Source: Azolla caroliniana (taxonomy: Eukaryota; Plantae; Polypodiophyta). Taken from it: a DNA stretch of 64,000 nt. The number at the start of each line of letters is the position of its first letter. The stretch's first letter is position 1. This document shows, piece after piece, positions 53,001 through 63,500 of the stretch. The notes under the pieces were generated by a model. The model was not told where the DNA came from, searched no databases, and saw nothing but the letters and a program-made list of their open reading frames with translations. The stretch covers positions 19,530,001-19,594,000 of the forward strand of contig JBHGNT010000004.1 of NCBI GenBank assembly GCA_043228905.1, read 5' to 3'. The position numbers and the translations under genes were made by a program.

Positions 53001-53529
53001 GGAGCGTCTCGTTGGTGAAGGTGTGTCCTATGCAGGCCGGATCCCGTAAGCTGGGGTCCGATGCAACCCCTTTGATTCGGGATTCGCTGCCCTCCGGTAG
53101 GGGCGCCGCAACTGGCCTCACCTTCCGGTCCACAGTCTTGTACTTGGTGCTAACTCGGGCCGTCCGTTCCGACTCGAGCCCTCGACCGAAGTCCGCGATG
53201 ACTTCGTACATTTCTTCTGAACATACCGGTATCGCCCGGTCCTCGATAAGGTCTTCTTCGACTATCCTCCCCAGCATTCCCAAGGTGTCGTCGAAGGAGA
53301 CTGCCTCCACGGCTCCGTTGATTTCTTCGTCCGGGCCGAGAACTCCGCACGCCCGAAGTCTCCCCTCCGTCTTGGTTTTCTCTCGGCCGGTGATGCCGAC
53401 CAACGCACATGCTCCGCTGTCGGAGAAGCAAAATTTCCTACCTATTGTACACGGTTTTTTCGTACAGATGTGGGGTTTTTCCGGAGCATCCGGACTGCCG
53501 CGGCCCCACGCCTTGGCAGTCCTCTCTAA
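50047..53529 (-). CDS. pol: Gypsy Pol (RT, RNase H, integrase), intact; probably expressed by -1 frameshift
   Basis: The 1118-aa ORF 50047-53403 stays open upstream to 53529. Motifs LPQG...FLDD, RNase H, H-H-C-C, DDE and GPY. Confidence 0.93.
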   Translation of the reverse strand, partial: LERTAKAWGRGSPDAPEKPHICTKKPCTIGRKFCFSDSGACALVGITGREKTKTEGRLRACGVLGPDEEINGAVEAVSFDDTLGMLGRIVEEDLIEDRAIPVCSEEMYEVIADFGRGLESERTARVSTKYKTVDRKVRPVAAPLPEGSESRIKGVASDPSLRDPACIGHTFTNETLRELKIGGGGFLLPAEEDRFRRMLGRHGKAFAFSPEEIGCVDPTTVEPMVIFTVPHVPWNLKPIPVPRAHIPKLMELLKQKVDMGILEPSSAPYSNRWFTVPKKNGSLRFIQDLQPVNRVTIRNAGIGPTIDEFAEAFAGRSIYSVGDLYSGYDQFQLAVESRDITTMRTPLGLVRMCTLPQGGTNSVAHMVNAMNKVLRDCIPDITMPFLDDIPIKGCPVEERDETTGPDGCRRFVVTHIDDCEKVLQRLEDARLTFSGEKSAFGQSEIMVVGHLCGSYGRKPSPAKVEAISAMKPDCSSVTEVRRFLGACAFYHIWIPHYAHVAEPLYGLLKKGRRFEWLDKHTESVRKLKEALSAAPALRKAVYRKGTPVYITVDTSPTGIGWVVNQEDEDGNRFPVRFGAKVLSERQRGYAQVKRELWGIVSAVKADKDYLIGTEVIIETDCMPILGMISGCATPDLAMLRWIAYIKSLDPEIRHISGKDNAMADMLSRARFDDEGGMVSEDEDVGVDFFETAYVTTDGTSTPALNDFDASKYEGEWLQIGGFLKTMTPDASWTKDEANRIRKKAYRFFLRDGYLWKHPKKKDGVPLRVVAMKEEQEELLTAYHDSPWAGHRGTWATFEKLKGKYWWPGQYQDVHRFVTTCESCQMHSVVRHRDELHPTYPPAIHFKWMVDLVTMPMGVGQMRYLVLAREDLTNQVEGRALPNKTTAAVCRFLIEDVICRYGCVGKIVADRGELDAEEAAELFDRLGVELSLTTAYNPEANGKVERGHGPIVKALVRACGGRVGDWPRLLPYALWADRTTHSSVTGYMPTELMFGQKPIMPTERTISSWATVDWRDEMSREELLAARIRQLERRPEDVELATEKLRVARKKNKARFDRTHRLRPKKIEEGDWVLVYDSSLDNQHRATRKFARRWFGPYVVQSANDNGTYHLAELDGTRMTIPVAGKRIKAFKKRQDDEPDPALLVGSDERSENEDEPTGEE

Positions 53530-53535
53530 AAATCC
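53470..53535 (-). promoter_or_regulatory. Putative -1 frameshift signal (G GAT TTT plus pseudoknot)
   Basis: 6-nt spacer; stem GGACTGCC/GGCAGTCC; loop GTGGGG pairs with downstream CCCCAC. Confidence 0.82.
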
Positions 53536-55652
53536 TCTCGGTTTGCGGAACCGAGGGAGTCGCGGTTACGTTCGTGGTTCGGCCGTACCGTCAGAAACTG
53601 GACCGAATGGCGCCCGTCTTGGCTTTTGACCCTCGCGTAGGCCGAACCGTTGTCCAGCACCTTGGTCTCCATCCGCGCCGCCGTGATGTACGGTTCTCCC
53701 AGTATGACCGGATGCGAAGATGTCTCCTGCACGAAGAAGTGCTGGTCAATCTCGACGTCGCCGATCTTGACTCGCACATTCGGACAGGCCCCGTGCAGCT
53801 CCTCGGTGGCGCGCGTTGCCGCCCTTATTTTTCACCCGTGCTTGGTGTTGATCGGCCATTTTCCCTTCTTATAGAAGTCCATGGACATCAAGTTGATCTC
53901 CGATCCGTGGTCAACCAAAGCTATCACCGGTTCCTGGACATCGCCGATCTTCACCGGGGTTTCCGTGGTCGCTCGGGCCCAGTGTGGTCTCGAATAGTGG
54001 CTTTCCGCCCACTCGTCTCCCAGCGCCATGTCGTCTAGGTGCGTCGTCCGCACTTCCACTGGTCTTTCCGGTTCTGTCTCCGTTGACAGCCTCTTCCGTT
54101 TCACCAAGTCCACGATGGAGTCGTGGAACTCCTTCTTGGCGATTCCCAGCACCTCTCGTAACGACAGCTCCACCTTACTGTCGAGGATCCGTTCTTCCAG
54201 GACCTTTCGTAAGTCCGTGGTCCTTTCTATCTCCGTCCCCAGACGGTACCCGCCCTTCTGGGGTTTATCTTTCGTACCGGCCCCGCCGGCTTCGTCCCGT
54301 CGTGGCCCGGACCGGGTCTCGTATCGTTGTGAGGGCCCGGTCATCCCGGGTCTCCCCACCCGCTTCTCTTCTACCAGAGCCTCGTAATTCTGGCAAGCGG
54401 CTTCCACGAAGCCCGTCCTTTCCTCGACCGGGTCGCTCCACCCGGTTATCTCCCGTACTCGTTTCTCCGCGCGGTCCGATTCCTCCCCTTCAAGCCTTGC
54501 ACCGGCAAGGCCTTCCAGCATCGTCGGCCAGAATCCGGCTTTGCTTTCTCTTCGGGCCTCGCCGCCCCCGACTCGAATGCCGGCCGACGCCGAGTAGTGG
54601 ACGATTTCCGTGTGTCGGGCCGCCGCCTCTTCCATCAGCCTTTTCATACCACCCTTTCCGTCGTTTCGGCTCAGGGCCCTTCGGGTGTCGCTGGCATGCA
54701 CCCGTCCTTCCCACAGGTACACCACCCTGTTCCTCAGCGCCTCCGCGAAGTCGCCGCAGTCCTTCCGAATGTGGCCGACTTCATCGCACCACATGCACCT
54801 GTTTCCTGCCGCCGGCCGTCGGTCACGAGCCGGTTCGCCTCCTTCCCTTCGGGCCTGCGCGATTTGGAGGTCCTTTATCGCCTTCGTCAATTCCTCCAGC
54901 GCCGCTCCTCCGGTTGAGCCTCTGACTACGCCGGTCGAAGCCGAACCGGTTTCCAACCACTCCCGGGTTTCTTCCTTGCGCACCTGTGGCGCTGGTTCGA
55001 GCTTCTTTGCTGCGACCGAGCCCGACCCGGTCGCCCCGTTATCCGCCCATTCTCGCCGTTTGTCGAAACGGCCACAGACCTTCCTGACAGCCGCCCAGTC
55101 GGTAGTGAGCCCGTCTTCGGTTTCCAGCAAGAGGCCCACTTGCTCCCGATCCCGCTCGTCGACCGACTTGACAAACAGCAAGACCCGGCTCGTGTCCAGG
55201 ATGGTTCGGTCGAGCGCCGAAAGGCGCGCAAAGTTTTCCTCGAACTCCCGGAGGAGCGCCGACGCGTTTCTTCCCTTCCCCGGGGACTCCACCCATTCCA
55301 TGAACCTTCGCTTCGAAAGCCGGAGCGCGTCGTCCAGCCCGTATTTCTCTAGGAGCCGACCTTCGAACTCCTCCCAGGTACGGCTCTCCGTCCGCACCTC
55401 GAGCACCTCCGCATGGATGCTCGGCATCGCCACTCGGGGAAATCCGGCAAGACGCCTTTCTTCCGGAATGTCCCGCATCAGCATCTCTGCACCGTAGGAC
55501 GCCAAATACTTCGTGGCATCCTTCCCATCGAACCGGCCGATCGTGCCGACGACCGCCTCAATAGCTCTGTCGAGGGCACCGGTGCTCTCGCGCGCGTTTA
55601 CAATCCGATCCACGGCCGAAGCCATGGCCTCTGCGAGATCCGACCCCCTCAT
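53526..55652 (-). pseudogene. gag: Gypsy Gag-protease with a single TGG>TGA nonsense codon at 53832-53834
   Basis: CMWCDEVGHIRKDC knuckle and ALVDHGSEINLMS protease. Reads HG*KIRA where the sister element reads HGWKIRA. Confidence 0.9.
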
Positions 55653-56563
55653 CTTCTGCTCTTCTGCCGCCTCTTTCACGTCGGGTTCACCAAAGATGTC
55701 GAGATATTATGCAAGTGCGTGTGGAATCGAGGCGGGACCGCGGGGGTCTCGGACCAAAGAGCAAGCGAGGGAGGAGAAAGAGAGAGAACCGGCTACGCAG
55801 GACCGGGGATACACAGGGACACGGCCCTTCAGCACGGAGAACGCGGACAGAGACCGACACAGACAGATGTGAATGACTTAATATGTATATTAAGAAAATG
55901 GCTAATCACGACTACAACCCTCGACGGGGCACAGGTTGGTTACAACCGAACAGGCCGGCGAACAGGTGCCGATGCCTGTTCACTTCGACGCACAAGGGGG
56001 CTGCCGGAAGCACTCGGGCGTTCCTCGAAACAGCGCGAGCCTCCTCGGAACCCTGCACAGAAAGCTATGGAGCTCAAGAAGGAAGGAAACAGAGAGAGAG
56101 AAGCGTCCAGAAACGGTCCGACAGCACTTCGTCCTCTCCCCGTCCCCGATCCCCTGCAACAGCTCTTTCCTGCTCTTATATAGCCCGACGAGCAGGCCGT
56201 CCTGTCATCTTTATTCCCTGTCCCTTTCAAACAGGGATCCGCTCCGTTCTTCGCGCATCCGCGTAGTTACGCCGCCGACTCGTGCCGTCCCTTAGCTCGC
56301 GCGCGCGACCGAAAAGACTGTTCGCGCGGTCTTTGTCTCCACCTATGTTAGGGCCCGTTCCTGCCGATTATCCCCCTAACTCGCTTCTTCGTACTACTTG
56401 GAGCTTGCGCGCGTGAAGAACCGGTTCCCACGCCTAGGTGCGCCGATTCCGCCTATGGACGGTTTTCTTCACGACAACGTACGGAATGGATTTGAGATCA
56501 CTATTTATTTGTCTTTGTGTACGGGTTTTCACAAGCAAGAATCATGTTTTGCTGAGTGTTATG

Positions 56564-56636
56564 CACGTCTGGTGGGACTCGAACCCACAATCCCTTGATT
56601 AGAAGTCAAGTGCCTTATCCATTAGGCCACAAGTGC
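56564..56636 (-). tRNA. trnR: tRNA-Arg(UCU), near-intact
   Basis: D, anticodon and T arms intact; acceptor-stem mismatches. Confidence 0.72.
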
Positions 56637-57050
56637 TCGATTTGGTTAGATTTTTAACAACCCTGACTTTGAGATATATTTGGAGTTACGCTACTATTCA
56701 CGATGCGGCTATTATTCACAATATGGTTTTGATGCAAGGTATTTGATGTTATGTTTTCATTCATCTTCGTGTACGGTTTATTATAACGAAGTTCTTGTTG
56801 GTGTATGGTTTATTATAAGGAATCCGGTTAGGGCATGCAATCCTCCATGTTGTAGGCATTGTGTTACTTGTGGGATTGGAACCCATAATCCCTTGGTTTC
56901 AAGTCAAGTGGCTTATCGGTTAGGCCAGACGCGCTTCATTGTCATTTTGGTTGTTACACAATGGATTTGAGATGAAGTTATTGTTCACAACTTTTTATGT
57001 ACGGCTGTTTACAAGCAATGGGATCATGTTTTGCACTCCTTGTTGTTGTG

Positions 57051-57123
57051 CACGCCTAGTGGGACTTGAACCCACAATCCCTTGATAAGAAGTGAAGTGC
57101 CTTATCCATTAGGCCACAAGCGA
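57051..57123 (-). pseudogene. trnR: tRNA-Arg(UCU), mutated copy
   Basis: Anticodon-arm and acceptor changes. Confidence 0.7.
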
Positions 57124-57649
57124 TTGATTTGGTTATAACTTTAGTTACCCAGACTTCTAGATAGATTTAGACTTATGTTACTATTCACAATATGGTTTTG
57201 ATGCAATGTATTTGATGTCACGTTTTCTTTCGTCGTCGTGTACGGTTTATTATCAAGAAGTTTGTCTTGGTGTACGATTTATTACAAGGAATCCGATCAG
57301 GGCGTAAGCACTTCGGCACCTTTTGAATATAATCGGACTAGGACAGTTGGAGAGTCTTTGTCATCTGATTTCACTTGATCCTCATGCCTAGTATGTGTTG
57401 GGCTTGTCCGAGTTCCTTCATCACAAATTTGTTGTGAAGGAGCCACTTTAGCTTTTCAGTTTCGGCTTGATTGGTCCCTATAATCAGTTTGTCGTTGACA
57501 TATAGGACCAAATAGAGTCGGGACTCGTCAGCTAGCTGCTAAGTGTACATAGTGGGTTGGAGTCGGACCGGCGGTAGCTAAACCATCAGATATATGTATT
57601 GAACTTTTGATACAACATTCTCGGCGCTTGTTTTAAGCCATAAAGGCTT

Positions 57650-59840
57650 TTCTTCAGTCAATATAAGAGGTGACCTTCTTGCCCCGTCCCCGTGAAGCTT
57701 TCCAGTTGAGACATGTAGATGTCTTCTTCCAGATCTCCATGTAGGAATGTCATCGTGACGTCTACTTGCTCAAGGTGTAGGTCTTCTATCGCTACAACTC
57801 CGAGTAGGAGCCAAAGGGTGGTCATCTTGAATACTAGCGAGAAGATCTCATTATAGTCGACTCCATGTTCTTGTTTGTATCCCCTTGCAATGAGACGAGC
57901 TTTGTATTTGGGTTTTTACGAATCTGATACATATTTGTATCTGAAGAGCCACTTGCAGTTTAGCGTCTTCCTTCCTGCTAGTAATTCAACCAGCTCCCAT
58001 GTTTGATTCTGATGAATCGAGTCCATCTATGGTCTAATGGCTTATAACCATGTATTGGCATCCGGCACAACTAAAGCTTCCTTGTAAGAGCTTGGTTCGC
58101 ATGCTTCCATTTAGTTGACGTAGTCAAGGCCTGGTTGATAGAACTTTGTTGGCCTTCAAACTCATCCGGATCTCCTCAGTACTGTCTTATTCAGTTCGGA
58201 TACTTCGATCGATTTGGTTGGTCAATCGGCTTTTGTGGAACCACTGTCTTCAAGAGTCCTGTTGGATGATTCACCCCTGGAATAGGATTTCAGCAATGTC
58301 GAATCATCCTCCCCTTCTTTAGGATCGATTGACCTTGTCCCCTTAGCCTTATTGGGTGTGGTAATTGAATCGACTTTGTCATTTTCGACTCTATCGTATT
58401 TAACTTGACGTTTCTCAGCTTCGCCTTTTTCAACTCTAGTCAATTCGGTTTTTCTTGGGCTGGCTCTTGCCAATCTCTAAGTGGAATCAGATTATATTTT
58501 GATTAATGGGCCTCTTGCCAATTTAGATTCGGCAGGGGGTTCGCTAGCTGAGTTGAGTTCGACTATTGGTCAAATCTCCAATTCGGCCCAGTAGTCGGTC
58601 CTTCTATGACATCTATGTCGATTTCAAATGAAACCTTTTTGCAAACCATTTTTGGTTGGTTCCATTCAAAGAGAATCGAGTCTTCATTGAAGACTACATC
58701 ACTACTTCAGATCAGTTTCCAGTTCTTTGGGTCCCATAGCCGATAGTTGAAGTCCCCACCAGTTCCATAACCGAGAAATAAGCACTTAAGTGCATGGGGT
58801 GCCATCTTGGTCCTTTTGTCCCAAGGGATGAATGCATAGGTGTCGCATCCAATAATAGAGCTTGTTGTAGGTCGGCATTTTGCCTGACCCTTGCCGACTG
58901 TTTTCGGTTGGTTCCATTAAGAGAGAATGGAGTCTTCATTGAAGACTACGTCACCACTTCAAATCAGTTTCCAGTTCTTTGGGTACCATAGCCAATAGTT
59001 GAAACCTAGATCGGTTCCATAACCGAGAAATATGCACCTAAGTGCATGGGGTGCCAGTTTGGTACTTTTGTCCCTAGGGATGAATGGATAGGCTTCGCAT
59101 CCGAATAACGAAGCCTGTGTAGGTCGGTGTTTTGCCTAACCATAGTGTTTGTGGCACTTTGAGCCGCAATGCCCTCAATGGTGATAGATTTATCAAATAG
59201 ATGACCATATGTAGTGCCTCGGCCTAGAATTCCAGGTTTAGCCCAGAGTGCTGGAGCATTGTCGTCACTCTCTCCTAGATTGTCCGGTTGATCCCTTCTA
59301 CCACACTTTTTTGCATGGGAGTATAGGGAATGGTCTTTTGATGCTGAATCCCTTTGTGAGATAGGTATTGTTTGAAGGCTCGTGAGGTCTATTCACCTCC
59401 ATTATCGTATTGGAGTTTCTTCAATCAGTATCGTGATGAGTTCTCCACTTCGGCTATCCACCAAGTGAAGACCTCGAGCACTTTATCTTTCGACCTAATC
59501 CAGTAGGCCCAGACTTTCTGTGTACAGTCATCTAAGAATGTGATGAAGTACCAGGAGCCTCCTAGTGACCTTTCGGGCATTGGCCCACATATATCTGTGT
59601 GAACCAGCTCTAGGGGTTGTCATACCATCTCATAATGGAGAGAGTGCAGACTTCGGGTCTGTTTCCCGTAATGACAATGCTCAAAGAAGTTCGTCTTTGT
59701 TTGGAGCTTTAGGATGTAGCCGATCGCCATTAGCCGGTCTAGTCCGACTTGAGACATATGGCCGAGTCGGCCATGCCATAAGTTAGAATCTAGTGATTCA
59801 ACTATATTCATTGTGCCCTCGAGATTGATCGGCATCAATG
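57650..59840 (-). pseudogene. pol: Degraded Copia integrase/RT fragment
   Basis: LWHGRLGHMS pre-integrase motif, integrase remnants and KARLIARGYKQEHGVDYNEIFS (RT). Internal ~200-250-bp duplication near 58680-59130. Confidence 0.82.
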
Positions 59841-59859
59841 GATACATGTTGTTGTATTT

Positions 59860-60560
59860 GCGTCCGCTCCCGATTCCAGCTTGCAGACAACTCTCATTGG
59901 AGTCCCACTCTTCTTCTTCGCATGCCTTCAAAGAGCTCCATCCTTAAGGAAATACTTGTACGGCTTCTTCCGAATTCGGTAGAAGTCTTCCGTCGACCAA
60001 GATTCATCTCTTTGGAGATAACTCAAGTATTTCCAGATCTCCACAAATGCGCCTTCGTAGTCCTCTTCTATGAAAGTAGTCAGCACCCGAGTAGGAACTT
60101 GTAAAGAAGTCCAAGCCAACATCTTCTTCATCAGAATGTCGATCTTCTTCTCCATCGTATCTCGCTCGTGATAGCATGTCTGCAACGACATTACACTTCC
60201 CAACTACATGAGGAATCTCAGGGTTGAGTGATTTGATACATGTGATTCAACGTAACATGGCAATATCTGTTGTACTACAACTAGATATCATGCCCAAGAT
60301 TGGTAGGCAATCTGTCTCGATTATGAATTCTGCTCCAATGAGGTAATCACGATCAGACTTGATCGCCAATACGATTCCCCATAGTTCCCTCTTCACTTCG
60401 GCATACCTTCTTTGCCTGTCACTTAACACTTTTGCGCCAAACCGAATTGTGTATCTGTTGCAATCTTTGTATTCTGGGTTGATAACCCATCCATTCCAGT
60501 TGGACTAGTATCCACGGTCATGAAAATGGACTTGCCTTTTGAATAGTTCACCTTCTGTAA
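59860..60560 (-). pseudogene. pol: Gypsy RNase H fragment of the tRNA-Trp-primed lineage
   Basis: YAEVKRELWGIVLAIKSDRDYLIGAEFIIETDCLPILG is homologous to Pol of the two full-length elements. Confidence 0.85.
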
Positions 60561-60561
60561 T

Positions 60562-63500
60562 TATTAGAGATATGCCCTAATGTAAGCATATGATAGGATA
60601 AAAGATAGATAGATAGAAAGGAGAGAGAGAAAGAAGGGTGCCTATCCACCCGACCACCCACTAGCAAAGGGATCGAGATAGAATCGAGCCTTGATCAGCG
60701 TCCCATACCACCGCCATGGCGTCGAGTCTTACCTGGTGCTAGTGCGCTCGCAACAAGAGTTGACCCACCACGAAACAGAGTCTCAATGTAGTCAAGATAT
60801 CATCAAATGAGGTTAGCTAGGCCTCATATTTATAGCGATACCCAAGGCCCCCAGGCAAGTTCACACTTGGCCTAATGGGTTGTCTCAATCCCGAGGATTA
60901 AAAGTAATCCTCCCCTTCTTTACACTCTAGTTTAACCCTCACACTTATGCACGTGTATAGAATACTACGATAAATTCTCACCACGGGATATTATATGGTC
61001 ATTCCCATAACATAATCCCCCTCCTTAAAACATTGCACTCTTGCAATGGAAAGTTAGGGAAGTTAGTTCTAAGAGTATTTTCGCGTTCCCATGTGGCATC
61101 TTTGATAGATTTATCCATCCATTTAATTTTAAATTCTCGGATTATTTTAGTACGTAGATTTCTTGTTTTAACATCGAGAACTCTTTCTGGTACATGTGGT
61201 TTAGAATATAATTCTTTAGAAGTAACCAGAGTTTCAGTTGTAACTGTATTGTCGCTAGAACCTAGAAGTTCTTTTAGACGATTTACATGAAAAACTAGAT
61301 GAATTTCAATGCCATCGGGAAGAGCGAGACGAGAAGCTGATGAACCAATGCGTTTGAGGACTTGAAAACGTCCACAAAACCGTGGAGCTAACTTAGCGCA
61401 CTTACCCGTAGACAATGTCTTAGAATTGTGAGGTACACGTAAAAATACCTTTTGTCCAAGGTTTTGTGGACCTTTTCAAGTCCACAAAACCGTGGGGCTA
61501 ACTTAGCACACTTACCTGTAGACAATGTCTTAGAATTGTGAAGTGCACGTAAAAATACCTTCTGTCCAAGGTTGAATACACGAGGTTGCCTATCATGATT
61601 AGCGTAAAAACGCACTCTATCTTGAACTATTTTTATATTATCTCGTGCAATATGCAACATATCATGCATATCCTGAAGAAATTTTTGCGTACTTCGTAAC
61701 ACATCATGATGTATATTAACATCAATTGGGGCTCGTGGGCGAAAACCATACATCAACATAAATGGACTATATCTCGTCGACGTATGCTTGGAGCTGTTAT
61801 AAGCAAACTCCAATTTTGGGAGATAACGTTCCCATTTTGTTGGTTTTGCACCAATGTATGCTCGAAGCATGTCCTCAATAATTTGATTTACTCATTTTGT
61901 CTATCCATCGGATTGAGGATGATTTGTGGAGCTCATGCTCAATGTAGTTTCTAACTTCTTCAGGGACGTGTGTCTAGAAGTCACTAGTAAACTTTGGATC
62001 TTGATAACTTACGATATCCATCGATAACCCATAAAAATGAAATAACTCATCAACGAGTTGGTAAGCCAATTCAGGAGCTGTTATTGGGGTTTTATTAGCA
62101 ATAAATCTGGCCATTTTAGTTAGTCTATCAACCACAACCCAGATGGCATCATGGCCTTTTTTGTTGGGAGACAGGTCCCTCCGGATGGGAAGGGAGAAGA
62201 ACAGTGCTGATAAGCAAACCGGATGAGGAGTACCCGGCTACGGAGAGCCGGATGGTGCAGACCCGGTGAGAACCGGATGAGGAGTACCCGGCTACGGAGA
62301 GTCGGATGGTGTAGACCCGGTGAGAAGCGCTCTCCGGATGAAGAGACATATTTGTAAATATGTTTCTGAGAGTCCATCGTGGCTATATTTGTAAATAGCC
62401 GAAAAGTCATATTAGTATAAATATGACTTAGGGCAAACCTTTTGTTGTTGTTGTCATTCTTGTTTTGCACGAGATTAGAGCGCGGAACTGTGTACAGAGA
62501 GAGAGAGAGAGAAAGAGGTCGTCGCCTCTGTTGTAACCGCCGCCTGTGGCGAGGATCGTGAGCACGAGGTCGTTGCCTCCGTAAACTCACTGTTGTACAT
62601 TCTAGCATAGTGATAGTTAGCAGCCTGTGGGCTACCGTGGTTTTTCCCCTTAGTTTGGGTTTTCCACGTAAACATCCTGTGCACTCCTTTCTTCTCCTTT
62701 GTGTCATGTCGCTCATTATTTCCCGTTTTCTGTGTATGATTCTAAGCTCGGTTGTGGCCGAGCGTTGCGTATAGGGAGCGTTTAGTTACGACATTTTTGG
62801 GTGCGAGGAAGGCTAACAATAAAATCCATGGATATACTTTCCCACTTATTTTTGGGAATGTCCAAGGGATGTAAAAGTCTTGCGGCTTTAAGTTGCTTGG
62901 CTTTGTGAACCTAACATTGGTGACATTTAGTCACGTAGCTATGTATGTCAGGACGCATCTTAGGCCAATAGAATTGCGTGGAGATGAGAACGAGTGTACG
63001 ATGTATTCCAGGGTGCCCTGCTAAGGGTGCATCATGGCATTCAAAAAGAATTCTCTTTTTGACCTCAAGAAAATCTAGAACACAGACTTTCCCATTACGG
63101 TAGAGCAGACCATTAGCAATGTGGAAGGATTCCTTCGAGGATGTGGTGGTGTCTGTTCCAAACTCAACTCTTGCCCAGTATTTCTCAAAATAATTGTCAT
63201 CGGGATACTTTCCTCAAAGGTGATCATAAAGATCTGATGTTATTTCAATGAAGCTAAGCATGTTAACTTCACGGATGTGACTTAGTGCCCATCATGCCTT
63301 ACGACCTTTCAGGTCTTGTTGGTCACAAAAATATTTCAAGGACTCGTGGTCCGTAGTTACCACAAAACGATTTCCATAAAGATAATGGCGCCATGTTATG
63401 AGCGCATGTATAATTGCAAATAATTCCTTTTCTTGAACGGTATACCGCCATTGACCAGAATCAAGTTTCTTACTCTCGAATGTTATTGGTTTACCATCTT

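Larger units (their letters stand above)
49196..56476 (-). mobile_element. Young full-length Ty3/Gypsy element (tRNA-Trp-primed lineage)
   Basis: 780-bp LTRs 49196-49975 and 55697-56476 with only about 2 differences seen. TSD ACGT, PBS 55675-55692, PPT next to 49976. Confidence 0.97.
20557..57305 (-). repeat. tRNA-Arg-derived higher-order tandem array; segments 20557-21831, 34255-41771, 48577-49195, 56481-57305
   Basis: Recurrent ~250-bp monomers of about 5 types, each holding a tRNA-Arg-like segment plus a homologous AT-rich flank. The array is continuous across LTR insertions that have TSDs. Confidence 0.93.

Noticed and set aside
49173-56295. Plus-strand ORFs (49173-49682, 49897-50625, 52820-53629, 53984-54925, 54610-55497, 55413-56183) as extra or antisense genes
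   Set aside because: Shadow ORFs of GC-rich gag/pol and LTR sequence, with no recognisable motifs and no counterpart evident in the sister element.
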